A DNA stretch of 64,000 nt from an uncultured Nitrososphaerota archaeon. GTDB taxonomy: Archaea; Thermoproteota; EX4484-205; JAAOZP01. Positions 28,903-39,403 of the stretch are shown here, in pieces. The notes beneath the pieces are model-generated. The model was given only the letters and a program-made list of their open reading frames with translations, did not search any database and was not told where the DNA came from. The first letter of the stretch is position 1; every line of letters starts with the position of its first letter. The translations under genes were made by a program, and so were the position numbers. The stretch lies in contig CAYQCW010000002.1 in assembly GCA_964416155.1 (NCBI GenBank), positions 44,748 to 108,747 of the forward strand, written 5' to 3'.

Positions 28903-30117
28903 TTAGACGAGCAGCCTTATCCTCCTCAGGGATTCGTGGAACCTGTCTACTTCCTCCAGAGTGTTGTAGAGATAGAAGCTTACTCTGGCAACAGCGCTTG
29001 CTCCAAGAGCGTTCACAAGCGGCTCAGCGCAGAGGGCACCAGACCTTATCATGATCCCGTCTGCATCGAGAAACTGGGCGACATCATGGGGGTGAACACC
29101 CTTAACGTTGAAGCTCACGATGCCGACATGCTTATCAGCCTCACCAGGCCCGTAGACCTCGACAACACTCCTATCTAAACCCTCCAGGAGGTGCTTAACC
29201 AGTTTCGACTCGTGTTCAGCGATTTTCTCCAAACCTATCTTGCGCAGGTAATCGGCGGCAGCAGCCAGCCCTATTACACCCTCAATATTTGGGGTGCCGG
29301 CTTCAAACCTGAAGGGAATATCCTCGTAAACCTGGGTTTCAAGAGTCACCGTCTTCACCATCCCGCCTCCTAGAAGCGGCGGCTCAACCTCCTCCAGAAT
29401 ACTCCTCTTAACGTACAGCACGCCTATGCCCGTCGGCCCAAGCATCTTGTGGCCGCTGAAAGCCATAGCATCCGGATCAACCTGCTTAACGTTGAAAGGC
29501 ATGTGCGGCACGCTCTGGGCAGCGTCAAGAATGAAGAGGCTCCCATGCTTGTGGGCAAGCTTGGAAAGCTCGTTAACGGGGTTAACAGTCCCAAGAACGT
29601 TGGAAACATGCAGAGTAGTAAGTATTTCACAACCCTCCTCAAGGCTTTTCTCAACCATGTCCATGTCTATCGTGAAATCCCTGTTAATCCCCACTATGGT
29701 CAGCCTCCCGCCCTTTCTGGCTACGATTCTCCTCCAAGGCAAGAGGTTGCTGTGGTGCTCCATTATGCTTGTTACAACCATGGTTCCCCTCCTGATTCTC
29801 CCGGAGAACGCCTCAGCAACCATGTTTAAGCCCTCGGTCGTGTTTCCAGTGAAAACTATTTCATCCTCACCGGCGCCTATGAACCCGGCTATTTTACACC
29901 TAGCCTTCATGTAGAGGTCAGTCGCCTGGGAGCTCAGCGTGTTTACGCTGCGCAGAACATCAGAATTATGATTGTAATAATAGTCTTTTATAGCTTCAAC
30001 AACCTGAACAGGCTTCTGGGTTGTCGCAGCATTATTGAAGTAAACAAGGCTTTTACCGTTTATAACCCTCTTAAGAATAGGAAAATCCTCCCTGACGGCG
30101 TAAGGGTCAAGGGACAT
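28903..30117 (-). CDS. sufS: SufS-type cysteine desulfurase
   Basis: YFNNAATTQKP, MEHHSN, DAAQ, FSGHKMLGP, FEAGTP, RSGALCA. Confidence 0.95.
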   Translation of the reverse strand: MSLDPYAVREDFPILKRVINGKSLVYFNNAATTQKPVQVVEAIKDYYYNHNSDVLRSVNTLSSQATDLYMKARCKIAGFIGAGEDEIVFTGNTTEGLNMVAEAFSGRIRRGTMVVTSIMEHHSNLLPWRRIVARKGGRLTIVGINRDFTIDMDMVEKSLEEGCEILTTLHVSNVLGTVNPVNELSKLAHKHGSLFILDAAQSVPHMPFNVKQVDPDAMAFSGHKMLGPTGIGVLYVKRSILEEVEPPLLGGGMVKTVTLETQVYEDIPFRFEAGTPNIEGVIGLAAAADYLRKIGLEKIAEHESKLVKHLLEGLDRSVVEVYGPGEADKHVGIVSFNVKGVHPHDVAQFLDADGIMIRSGALCAEPLVNALGASAVARVSFYLYNTLEEVDRFHESLRRIRLLV

Positions 30118-30205
30118 AATCCGATATAGCTTGGAGGAGGCTTTAAAGATATCCCTTTTAAAAACGAGAACTTTAAAAATACTTCTTTACCATTAAAGAC
30201 GATAC

Positions 30206-31669
30206 TTGTTCGAGCCAGGTGAGAACGAGGAGAAGATTAGAAGAATACTTCCCATCATTGTGATAGTCGCAGTGGCTCTGCTAGCAGTAGTCCTCGTATA
30301 CTTCCTGTTCACAAGGGTTCTCACACCCCCGCCGCCCGTGTACGATTTCAGACTGGAGTTGAACACTACTCGGGTGGAGGTTCTCCCAGGCAAGGTTGTT
30401 AACACGCTCATAACGCTCGTGCCGGAGGGTGCCTTCCAGGGGAGCGTGACCCTGAAGATCGAAAAACCCGGTGAAGTAGACTATTCCGTTTCAAACTGGG
30501 TTTTAACACCGTCTTCGAGAAACGCTGTCCTCACGCTGAACACCACTGGTCTCCTCCCAGGCACATACCCGGTTAATGTCTCAGGATCATACTTGGAGGT
30601 TGAGAGGAAAACGAGGCTCACGATAATTGTTAAGGAGGTTGAGAAACCCTGGTTTGAAGCAAGCGTTAGAATTCAACCAGGAAGCATAATTCAGACTGAA
30701 ACATTCCTTTTGAACATTTCAATAATTACACACGCCGGGTTCAACGAGACCATAAGCGTTTCAATAAGAGGCCTTCCCGGCTCAAGTCTTGAAGAAAACA
30801 CTGTAGATAGAGGCAGGAAAAGATCCGAGATAAGTGTTAAGACGAACAGGAGCATCCCTGTCGGCGTCAACAATTTCACAGTTGTTTTAAACTCGACGAG
30901 CCATCAGGCTCTGGTGAACCTGACTATAGATGTTTCAGAAGCTCCTCCGCCAGACTTCCAAATATTCTTCCAACCGAACATCACGATGGCTAAGCCGGGG
31001 GACATTGTGAAAATACTGGTGAAAGTTAAACCGATCTACGGTTTCGACGAACCGGTGCATGTTTACTCTAGCCACATTGGGCTCATTCTGAACGAGTTTA
31101 ACGGCAGCGACTTCTTTTTAACCCCGAGGAACTACAGCGGGGTGGTTATGACTATGGAGATAGATGAGCGCTCCCTCTTCGGCGTAAATGTTTTAACGTT
31201 CACCGTGGAAACCTCGTCAAGGAGGGAGATTAAAGGGGTTAAGCTGGGGGTTGCGAACGTTTCCTCGACATACAATGAGCCCGCCCCCGGCATAGTAACA
31301 TACTTTACACGTGTCGACGCTTCCCCCGGCGAGAAGACCACCGTCGATTTTCTATTGGGCTCTTTAAACGGGTTTAAGGGGGAGGTTCTCCTCAGAGTAA
31401 GCAAGCATAATGCGTCGGATCCGGATTTAGGCATGTTCTACTTTTCAACCGGAGAAGGGTTTCCGAAAATGGGGGTTAGCATAGAGAGGGTGAACATAAC
31501 CATCGGGGAAGCGAGATTCGTATTCCTAAGCGTGGTGTTGAAGAATACGGTTGCCAGCGGAGTTTACAGGATTAACGTTGAGCTATGCGTGGAACACACT
31601 CCGCCCAACATGGCTTTCCCATTGTTGAAGGCGGTAAGCGTGTATACTCTTGAGCTGCACGTCGACTAG
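30206..31669 (+). CDS. N-terminally anchored surface protein with Ig-like beta repeats
   Basis: Single TM, TPPPP linker, repeated PDF.I....PG...V....GF...V.L units, many N-x-S/T sequons. Confidence 0.75.
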   Translation: MFEPGENEEKIRRILPIIVIVAVALLAVVLVYFLFTRVLTPPPPVYDFRLELNTTRVEVLPGKVVNTLITLVPEGAFQGSVTLKIEKPGEVDYSVSNWVLTPSSRNAVLTLNTTGLLPGTYPVNVSGSYLEVERKTRLTIIVKEVEKPWFEASVRIQPGSIIQTETFLLNISIITHAGFNETISVSIRGLPGSSLEENTVDRGRKRSEISVKTNRSIPVGVNNFTVVLNSTSHQALVNLTIDVSEAPPPDFQIFFQPNITMAKPGDIVKILVKVKPIYGFDEPVHVYSSHIGLILNEFNGSDFFLTPRNYSGVVMTMEIDERSLFGVNVLTFTVETSSRREIKGVKLGVANVSSTYNEPAPGIVTYFTRVDASPGEKTTVDFLLGSLNGFKGEVLLRVSKHNASDPDLGMFYFSTGEGFPKMGVSIERVNITIGEARFVFLSVVLKNTVASGVYRINVELCVEHTPPNMAFPLLKAVSVYTLELHVD

Positions 31670-32537
31670 GAGGAGAGTAGGCTCCCAAGCAGGCAGGAGC
31701 AAGCCCCACCCTTATAATGAAGACCTGCTCACGGAGACGATTCGTCTGATCAAGAAATACGGGATAAGACCTAGGAAGAGGCTTAGCCAAAGCTTCGTCG
31801 TCGACAGGCTTCTCGTGAGAACAATCGTTGAAAACGTTCAGCCCAAGCCTAGCGATGTTATCGTTGAAATAGGAGCCGGATTGGGGACGCTGACTTTTGA
31901 ACTGGCTAAGCATGGTTCAAAGGTTAAGGCGGTTGAAATAGACCCTGCGCTGACAAGGGTTTTGAAAGACCGGTTCTCGGCTTTTCAGAATGTGGAGGTG
32001 GTTCAAGCCGACTTCACGAAGATGGATTTGAAGGGTAATGTCTACACTGGAAACATCCCATACCATGTTTCAACCCCAGTAATATTCAGGATTCTGGAGC
32101 AGAATTATGAGAAGACTGTGATCACCGTGCAGAAGGAGGTTGCTGAGAGAATCGTCTCGAAACCGGGCACCAGGGAATACGGTAGGCTAACAGTCTCGGT
32201 TAACACTAGGGCGGAGCCCCATGTATTAGGCTTTTTCCCATCCTCCTCGTTCTACCCTAGGCCTAAGGTTGCTCACGCAGTTCTCTACATTAAGCCTTCA
32301 GTAAGAAACGTGGACACGAGTATTCTGGAAGACCTGCTTAGAGCAATGTTCAGCCAGAGGAACAGGCTTGCGAGAACAGTCTTGAGGAACAGTCTTGAAC
32401 GGTTGTACGGGGAAAAGGGGAAAAGTGCCTACAACAGCATTTTCCATCTTGTTCCAGAAGGCAGCAGGGTTTTCGAGCTTACTGTTCAGGATTTTCTCAA
32501 CCTCGCCCAGGCTGTTTCAAACAATATTGGTGCTTAA
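31650..32537 (+). CDS. rsmA: 16S rRNA dimethyladenosine transferase (KsgA/Dim1)
   Basis: KRLSQSF, EIGAGLGTLT, GNIPYHVS, QKEVAER, YGRLTV, FYPRPKV. Confidence 0.95.
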   Translation: MSCTSTRRRVGSQAGRSKPHPYNEDLLTETIRLIKKYGIRPRKRLSQSFVVDRLLVRTIVENVQPKPSDVIVEIGAGLGTLTFELAKHGSKVKAVEIDPALTRVLKDRFSAFQNVEVVQADFTKMDLKGNVYTGNIPYHVSTPVIFRILEQNYEKTVITVQKEVAERIVSKPGTREYGRLTVSVNTRAEPHVLGFFPSSSFYPRPKVAHAVLYIKPSVRNVDTSILEDLLRAMFSQRNRLARTVLRNSLERLYGEKGKSAYNSIFHLVPEGSRVFELTVQDFLNLAQAVSNNIGA

Positions 32538-32564
32538 GTGTGCCGGCGACAAGGATTCTTCGGA

Positions 32565-35500
32565 ATGCGGGTTTCGAAAAAAGCTTGGATAATCCTGCTT
32601 CCAACTTTAACCATACTCGTGCCCCGATGCCTAATTCAGGTGGAAGCCCAGCCGAACAGCATACCGTCATCCTACTCGTGGAGCGGCTTAAGGACGGATA
32701 CCGTGCAAATAAGCTATTCATTCAGCAAGAGCCTGTATTATGGCGGGACAGACTATCTTCATATTAAGGCGAGCGGGCCGGGAGTATACAGCGACACGAA
32801 AACAACCACAGCAATAATCACTGTGCCTGAGGAAAGCGAGGCAAGCATCTATGTTTGCGGAGACGACCGTAACCCTGTTCCAGACGGCTGGACCGTCCAG
32901 GAGAAGTATCTCAGGGTTTACGTCGATGGGGTTAAGGTTTACGAGCTTGGAAAGGAATACTGGTGGGCACGCTGCTACTCTAAGGCTGCGAAGCTTAACC
33001 CGGGGACTCATACTGTTGAGCTTAAAATAGGCATTACCGTGAAGGTGTTTTCAAACATCTATGAGGAACGCTCAATAGCCTACGCAGCCGTGGATATTAA
33101 GACTGAGGGCGCGGGGAAGGTGGAGGCTGAGTCCCACCGGGCTGAAGCTGCCCTCAACGGGGAGGCGACCCATGTTTTCACCTTCAGGCTTCCATGGGCT
33201 TTAGGCGTTGGAAGCGTCAGCTGGAAAGCCGTTTGGAACGGTGTTGAGAAAACCGGCTGCGGGCCCCCGGGAAGCGTTCAGCAAGCGTTGTTCACAGGGG
33301 TGAACAGGGACCCATGGGTCTTCGCAAGCCCGGTTGTAGTGAGAATAGGAGGCTTGACGCCAAGTGTTAAACCGCTTGAAGGATACTGGGTGGACGCTGT
33401 CTACTCTGAGGGAACTGTGCAGGCGGGGGTGGGAAGGGTTGCTGTCGCGGTTAGCAACGGGAACGAGATTGGGTTCACCTCTGGGGAATACCTTGTGACG
33501 AGCATAGAGTACCTGGGATTAAACATGACCGGGTGCACCTTTGTTGAAGGCTTAGACGCGTGGGCAAACAGCGGCTCTAGTGTCCACTGGTCTCAGAAAA
33601 TAGGGTTTTACAGTGCTGGCGGATGGGTTGTGGAGGAGGCTGCCCGCGGGGTTGAAACTGGATTCTGCGTCTTGAAGAAGCTTGGCGGAGGAGTCTTTTC
33701 GAGAAGAGTTGTTTTCTCATCCAGGAACAGAACCGACGAGTTGACGCTTACAGTCAGCCTACCACAGATAAGCCTGCGCTTCGACTCGATGAGAATAGAG
33801 CCCCTTGGACCTACTGATCTAGGTTTACGCATGCTCGGCGAGACTGTTGAGCTCATGGTTAAGGCTTACGACTGTCTTGGAGAGTATTCTAAGATAGATG
33901 TCTACAGGGTTTCAGAGTCCAGCCCCGGCGTAAGGAAATACTCTTTCAGCCCTCCCAGAGGGGTTTACAGGAGTATAACCTCTACGGCCGGTGGGAACGC
34001 GACCTTCACAGTCACATGGTCATCCTACAAGCTTACTGTAAAGAGTGTTTCCGGTGGGGTTCTCAGGGGCGGGGTTTATTGGGCTAGGAGCGGCTCCACC
34101 GTGAGCATCACTGTTTCAGCATATCTCTCCCATGACGGTAGCCCGGCGGCTGGAATCAGGATAAGGGATTCTCGGGGCAACGAGGCTTTAACCGGGCTGA
34201 ACGGGGAGGCGGGGTTCTCGTACGTTGAGAAAGACTGTGAAGCCTTCTTAACCTTCGTCGCGGTCGACGAGAAAGGGGCCGGGTTGAGCGGGGAGGCTTG
34301 CGTAAGAATAGTTTTCACGCGGATCAGGCTTGAGGTTTCAAGCGTAGACGCCGCTTTCTTCGAAGGATCCTACTATGCTTGCAACAATGTTTCATCAAGC
34401 TTTTCAGTTAAGGCGGTCTATTCTCACAGCCTTACGCCGGTCTCCGGCGTGCCGGTGGAGTTTAAACCTTCAGGCTCATCTACTCTAACAGGGGTTGACG
34501 GTGCTGCTACGCTAAGGTTAACCGGTAGAGATATTGCTTACGAGGAAGTGTTGAAGGTGAGCGACGGGTTCATAGAGGGGGAATCCAGCCTTAGGGTTGT
34601 CTTCACAAGAATACTGCTGGAAGCTTCTAGAACAGTAGTCGGCGGCAGACCTGGGGAGGAGGTTGAGGTAACTGTTTCAGCAAGACTCTCGTTCAACAGC
34701 ATGCTGCTGAAGGGTCTTGAAGTAAGATGGGTTGAGACCGGGCTCGTCGGGAAGAGCCCAGCGTCATTCAGGCTGAGAATACCTGAGAAAGGTTTTTCCA
34801 GAGCTTCCTTCGATGCCTTCGGGTTCCTGCCTTGTGTTGAGCCGTGCACCGTAACCCTGGTTCCCAACCGGGTTAGGCTCGGCAACCCTAATAACACTTG
34901 GCCCACGGTCCTCGTGAACAATATTCTTCTGGAAAACTATTCCTGCAGCGTTATGCTGAACATAATGGATCTTCTAAACATCACGGTGCCCAGAGTGGTG
35001 TGGCAGGGCAATGGGAGCTCCGCCCGTGGAATTAGAATCGGAGTTGTGTCTTCAAACGGGACGGTTGTGAGGAGCAGTATTGTTTCCAGCAACGGTGTCA
35101 GCTTCAACTGGACCGAGTCCAAGCCTGGCGTTTACCGTTACTGTGTTAAGGTGCTTGAAGAAAATGTTTACAGCGACGTGCTTATCGTCGAGGCGGTTTT
35201 CACAGCCTTCAACATAACCTCAGACTATATTTTGGACTTGAATGGAACCAGGATTTTTTGCGCCACGGCACGCTGGGCTCACAATGGTTCTCCCGTAAGA
35301 AGCCTACCAGTCTACACAAGCATCTCTAGGAAGAGGGCTCTGTCAGACGATGCCGGTAGGATAACGCTGGCTTTAAACGACTCGGATTACAACGCTTCCT
35401 GCGTTGAGAAGATAGTGGTTTTCAAACGGGACCCGCATCCATCCAGAATATGGAGGACAGTCGGGGACTGCAGCGTCAGGATTGTTAAGCTCGACTGGAG

Positions 35501-36116
35501 CAGCCTGGTTTTAAAAGGCGACCAGTACGGGTTTGAAGCCTTTCTAAGCCTGGAGGCTGATGCAGGCATTGTCGGCCTACCTATGTGGATTAGGGTTGAA
35601 GGATACCCTCCGGAAACATCTTGCTCGATAAGGGTTCTTCAAGTTAAGAGTGACAACTCGAGCATGACGGTTTTCCTAAGCCCTTCCGGAGGATTCTTCT
35701 TCAGCGAGAGGCTTGCGCTTAGAATAGACTACGCTGAATACGATGGCAAGAGGATTAGGGTCAGGATCAGGTCTCTCGCTAAGCATCTGATTGTTAGGAG
35801 TGTCAGGGTTAAGGTGGTGGATACGGGTTTTGAGAAAACCCTTGGAGACCTTGAGCCCGGCTCATGTCTGGAAGCATTCGTAGAGCTCCCAGGCGGGCAG
35901 GGTTTAAACCCAGTCATACTTGCAGCATACTCTGAGAACACTGTTCCCCACGTGGTTAGAGTTTGGAGCAGTCAAGGGATTGACCTGTTTCCACTGATAT
36001 CCGTAACCCCGCTGCTGGCTGCTCTCGCCCTAAGAATTAGGCACAGGAGGAGAGGCTTTAAGGAGAGCGGGAAGGAAACAGGAAAAAGTGGTGTAGACCA
36101 GGATCCTCAGGGTTAA
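32565..36116 (+). CDS. Large secreted, membrane-anchored protein with Ig-like (Big_1-like) repeats
   Basis: Signal-like N-terminus; repeated A.YSH.G.P..G...T...G.A units; C-terminal hydrophobic stretch then RHRRR. Confidence 0.75.
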   Translation: MRVSKKAWIILLPTLTILVPRCLIQVEAQPNSIPSSYSWSGLRTDTVQISYSFSKSLYYGGTDYLHIKASGPGVYSDTKTTTAIITVPEESEASIYVCGDDRNPVPDGWTVQEKYLRVYVDGVKVYELGKEYWWARCYSKAAKLNPGTHTVELKIGITVKVFSNIYEERSIAYAAVDIKTEGAGKVEAESHRAEAALNGEATHVFTFRLPWALGVGSVSWKAVWNGVEKTGCGPPGSVQQALFTGVNRDPWVFASPVVVRIGGLTPSVKPLEGYWVDAVYSEGTVQAGVGRVAVAVSNGNEIGFTSGEYLVTSIEYLGLNMTGCTFVEGLDAWANSGSSVHWSQKIGFYSAGGWVVEEAARGVETGFCVLKKLGGGVFSRRVVFSSRNRTDELTLTVSLPQISLRFDSMRIEPLGPTDLGLRMLGETVELMVKAYDCLGEYSKIDVYRVSESSPGVRKYSFSPPRGVYRSITSTAGGNATFTVTWSSYKLTVKSVSGGVLRGGVYWARSGSTVSITVSAYLSHDGSPAAGIRIRDSRGNEALTGLNGEAGFSYVEKDCEAFLTFVAVDEKGAGLSGEACVRIVFTRIRLEVSSVDAAFFEGSYYACNNVSSSFSVKAVYSHSLTPVSGVPVEFKPSGSSTLTGVDGAATLRLTGRDIAYEEVLKVSDGFIEGESSLRVVFTRILLEASRTVVGGRPGEEVEVTVSARLSFNSMLLKGLEVRWVETGLVGKSPASFRLRIPEKGFSRASFDAFGFLPCVEPCTVTLVPNRVRLGNPNNTWPTVLVNNILLENYSCSVMLNIMDLLNITVPRVVWQGNGSSARGIRIGVVSSNGTVVRSSIVSSNGVSFNWTESKPGVYRYCVKVLEENVYSDVLIVEAVFTAFNITSDYILDLNGTRIFCATARWAHNGSPVRSLPVYTSISRKRALSDDAGRITLALNDSDYNASCVEKIVVFKRDPHPSRIWRTVGDCSVRIVKLDWSSLVLKGDQYGFEAFLSLEADAGIVGLPMWIRVEGYPPETSCSIRVLQVKSDNSSMTVFLSPSGGFFFSERLALRIDYAEYDGKRIRVRIRSLAKHLIVRSVRVKVVDTGFEKTLGDLEPGSCLEAFVELPGGQGLNPVILAAYSENTVPHVVRVWSSQGIDLFPLISVTPLLAALALRIRHRRRGFKESGKETGKSGVDQDPQG

Positions 36117-36149
36117 ACACGGTGCTAACGCTTTTAAGCGTTAGCCGGA

Positions 36150-38117
36150 ATGAGGATGCAGAAGTCTTTGCATCAGACGGTTGAGAAATGGGCTAGGAAA
36201 TACTTTCCCTATTCAGAGTTCAGGGAACACCAGCTTGAAGCAATAGAGTTCATCTTCCGTGTCCTCACCACGGGGAGAATAGGGCTCCTATCATCCCCCT
36301 GCGGAACCGGGAAATCTGTTTCAGTTTTAACAGCCTACTTGATGGCTAGGGAGGTTGAGGAGGTTGGGAAACTCTTCATACTGACTAGGACGAGGAACGA
36401 GCTTGAAATATACGCTAGGGAGCTTAGAATGATTGCTGAAAAAACCGGGGCAATCCTTAGGGCAACGCTGATGGTGAGCAGGCAGGAGATGTGTCCCCTA
36501 GCCAGGGGGAGGCTGGAGGTTGGAAGAATGGATTACCGGAGCTTCCTAACGTATTGCAGCAGGCTTAAGAAGAAGGCTTCAGGATCATCATGCGCCTTCT
36601 ACGCTAAGGTTTTCAGGGACTGGAGGCCCTCCATGGAGGCAATAGTCTTCCTGCAGGAGGCCGGTGTCAAGCGTGTTTTAATGCCGGACGAGCTGTACGA
36701 CGAGGCTTCTTCCCGCGGAATGTGCCCGTATGAGCTAATCAGGCTTGCGGCTGCGGAATCAGACGTCATAATAGGCAACTACAACCATTTCCTGATTGAC
36801 GAGGCGAGGAGAAGCATATTCGCCAGGGGGAGGATGCAGATGAGCAGTGTGAACATTGTTTTCGACGAGGCTCACTCGCTCCCCTCCGCTGCCTCAGGTC
36901 TACTCTCAGACGAGGTTTCCACGAGAACCGTTTCAAGAGCCTGGAAAGAGGCTGTCGAGTACGGGTTTGAAGAAAAAAGTTTCATAAGGCTTTTCAAAAC
37001 GTTCATGGAGAGGCTTGGTAGGAAAGCTGTGAAGCAGGTGGGCATAGGGGAGAACCATGTTTTAGAAGGAGACGAGGCTTCACTGCTCAGTGCCCTTAGC
37101 CTCCCCGGGGGGAAGGTGCTTGAAACCCTCCGGAAAATGCTGGAGGAATCCGAGAGGATAGTTTCGGTGAAAATGGACTGCGGAAAGCCTCCTGTCTCAC
37201 TCCTCGGGAGGATCGCCGAGTTTGTTCAAAAATGGGTCTCCGAGGATTCTGAGGACACTGTGAGATACGTTAGGGTTGAGAAGGATGCTGGCGGCAGGAG
37301 GATAGTGAGGCTGGGAGTATGCTCGCTGGATGTTTCAAGGGCGACTCGAAGCCTGAACAGGGTTAGGTCAGCCGTTTTAATGTCTGGAACACTATGGGAT
37401 TTCGATTACTATAAGGATGTTCTAGGCTTGGATGAGCACAGGGTGGCGACGCTCTCCCTCCCCTCGCCGTTTAAAAGGGAGAACAAGCGGATACTCGTGG
37501 ACAAGGCTGTGACAACCAAGTACGAGCTTAGGGAGGGGATGATAGGAAGGATAGCTGAGAGGCTTCAAAGAATAGTTGAATCCGTAGACGGGAGGGTAGC
37601 CGTATACTTCCCGTCTTACGAGCTGATGGAGAAGGTTTCGGAGAGAATCGTGATAAGCCGCCCGATAATGATGGAGGATTTGAAGACCAAGGTTAGGGAT
37701 GTGCTCAGGTTCCTCAGGGAGAACGGCAAGTGTGTGGCAGTAGGTGTTGCGAGGGGCAAGATAAGCGAGGGCGTGGACCTTACGAGCGAAGGCTCCTCCC
37801 TCCTCTCGGCGGTTGTGATAGTCGGCCTCCCCTACCCTAAGAGGAGCGAGATGCAGGAGGCCCTTTTAAAATACTATGAGAAAAAGTTCGGCGAAAAAGC
37901 TTTTGAATACGCGGGCACCACCCCATGCATAGTCGCCTTAGCCCAGATGGCTGGCAGGCTGATAAGGAGCCAGCAGGACAGGGGAGTCATAGTAATAATG
38001 GACAGCAGGGTATACGGAAGGGTGAGGGATAAGCTTCCCCCGGATTGGAGGGAAGACATGCGGGCCCATTTGAAAATCGAAAACCTTGCGAGGGAGATAA
38101 GCAGTTTCCTCTCGTGA
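36150..38117 (+). CDS. xpd: XPD/Rad3 Fe-S DNA helicase
   Basis: Q motif FREHQ, SPCGTGKS, four Fe-S Cys including CPYE, FDEAH, MSGTL, EGVD, QMAGRLIR. Confidence 0.93.
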   Translation: MRMQKSLHQTVEKWARKYFPYSEFREHQLEAIEFIFRVLTTGRIGLLSSPCGTGKSVSVLTAYLMAREVEEVGKLFILTRTRNELEIYARELRMIAEKTGAILRATLMVSRQEMCPLARGRLEVGRMDYRSFLTYCSRLKKKASGSSCAFYAKVFRDWRPSMEAIVFLQEAGVKRVLMPDELYDEASSRGMCPYELIRLAAAESDVIIGNYNHFLIDEARRSIFARGRMQMSSVNIVFDEAHSLPSAASGLLSDEVSTRTVSRAWKEAVEYGFEEKSFIRLFKTFMERLGRKAVKQVGIGENHVLEGDEASLLSALSLPGGKVLETLRKMLEESERIVSVKMDCGKPPVSLLGRIAEFVQKWVSEDSEDTVRYVRVEKDAGGRRIVRLGVCSLDVSRATRSLNRVRSAVLMSGTLWDFDYYKDVLGLDEHRVATLSLPSPFKRENKRILVDKAVTTKYELREGMIGRIAERLQRIVESVDGRVAVYFPSYELMEKVSERIVISRPIMMEDLKTKVRDVLRFLRENGKCVAVGVARGKISEGVDLTSEGSSLLSAVVIVGLPYPKRSEMQEALLKYYEKKFGEKAFEYAGTTPCIVALAQMAGRLIRSQQDRGVIVIMDSRVYGRVRDKLPPDWREDMRAHLKIENLAREISSFLS

Positions 38118-38135
38118 GAAAGCCTTATATCTCCT

Positions 38136-38663
38136 TTGAGAAGCATGGTTTCCGGCTTGAACACGCGAGGCGAGGAGCAAGAATACGGTGTGAAGGTTAG
38201 GAGGAGAGACGTTGAGGTGGAGGTCTGGGGCAGCAGGGAGTTTGTGGAGACTACTTTCGAGAGGCTTAGGAGCGAGTTTCTCCAGGAGAGGATTGAGGCT
38301 GCGAGAACAATTGAACCCCAGCCGTCGCCACAGGGCGTAACCTTCACAGAGTTTCTCGCCGAGGAGGCTAAGAGGATTGAGAGGGAGCCGGATATGCTGA
38401 AGGGCTATGAGAAAATACTGTTGATTGGCTACTACCTGTACATGGTTGAGAAAAGAGATTTTACTTACGAGGATGTTGAGAAGCTTAAGGAGGAGGCTAG
38501 GCTAAGCGGGCTTGAAAACCCCAGGCAGTATATGAGTATACTGATCAAGAGGGGTCTTGTGAGCGAAACAGGCGTCGAGGCTGGCAAGAAGGTTTTCAAA
38601 ATGCTTCGGAGAGGCCTCCAGTATGTTGAGAACGGCTTCAGAGAAGTAGAGGCTCAGGTTTAA
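38136..38663 (+). CDS. Hypothetical protein, probable C-terminal winged helix
   Basis: N-terminal VKVRRRDVEVEVWGSREFV module; C-terminal NPRQYMSILIKRGLV...FKM..RG..YVE. Confidence 0.7.
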   Translation: MRSMVSGLNTRGEEQEYGVKVRRRDVEVEVWGSREFVETTFERLRSEFLQERIEAARTIEPQPSPQGVTFTEFLAEEAKRIEREPDMLKGYEKILLIGYYLYMVEKRDFTYEDVEKLKEEARLSGLENPRQYMSILIKRGLVSETGVEAGKKVFKMLRRGLQYVENGFREVEAQV

Positions 38664-38878
38664 AACAGGGTTTTCCTGAAACCCGAATCTTTTTAGGAGG
38701 GCTTGCAAAAAGACCCTCAGATCGAGTAAAACAGCACATGCTAATAATAGTCTTCCATGCTTCGTTGAACGAAAGACGGAGTATTATCCATGGAAAAGGT
38801 TACGCTGCAATCTTTTTAACCCTCACCCCCAATATTCAGAAACAGGGAGGGTGGGAGGCGTGAGCTTTATAATAGAAT

Positions 38879-39393
38879 GTGAAAAACCTCGTAAAGATAT
38901 TCAAGGACGCCCCTCCGGTAACGGCCCTGGACAATGTTAACCTTAAGGTTCCTAAAGGCAGCATATACGGGCTCTTCGGCCCGAATGGAGCTGGGAAATC
39001 CACACTAATATCTATATTGATGGATTTAACTTTGCCAACAAAAGGAAGTGGCAAGGTTTTAGGTTTCGATGTGCTTCGCGAGTCCTTAGAGATCAGGATG
39101 AGGATAGGTCTGCTTCCAGAGGGATTTGGCTTCTATGACAACATGACTGCTTTGGAGAACCTAAAGTACTTTGGCCTATTGGACGGGGTTCCTGCAGAAA
39201 GAATAAAGCAGAAGGCGGTTGAAGCTTTAGAGAAAGAAGGTTTAAGCGATATGGCTAACAGTAAAGTATCCGCGTTCTCGAGAGGGATGAAGCAGAGGCT
39301 TGGGATAGCACAGGCCCTTACGAAGGACCCTGAGGTGCCTATATTTGACGAGCCGACTGTAGGAATAGACCCTGATGGAGTCAGAGTTCAGAA
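38879..39393 (+). pseudogene. ABC transporter ATP-binding protein, truncated after the D-loop
   Basis: GPNGAGKST, FSRGMKQR, FDEPTVGID, then unrelated sequence; no H-loop. Confidence 0.8.
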
Positions 39394-39403
39394 GCGCGCG
39401 CTA

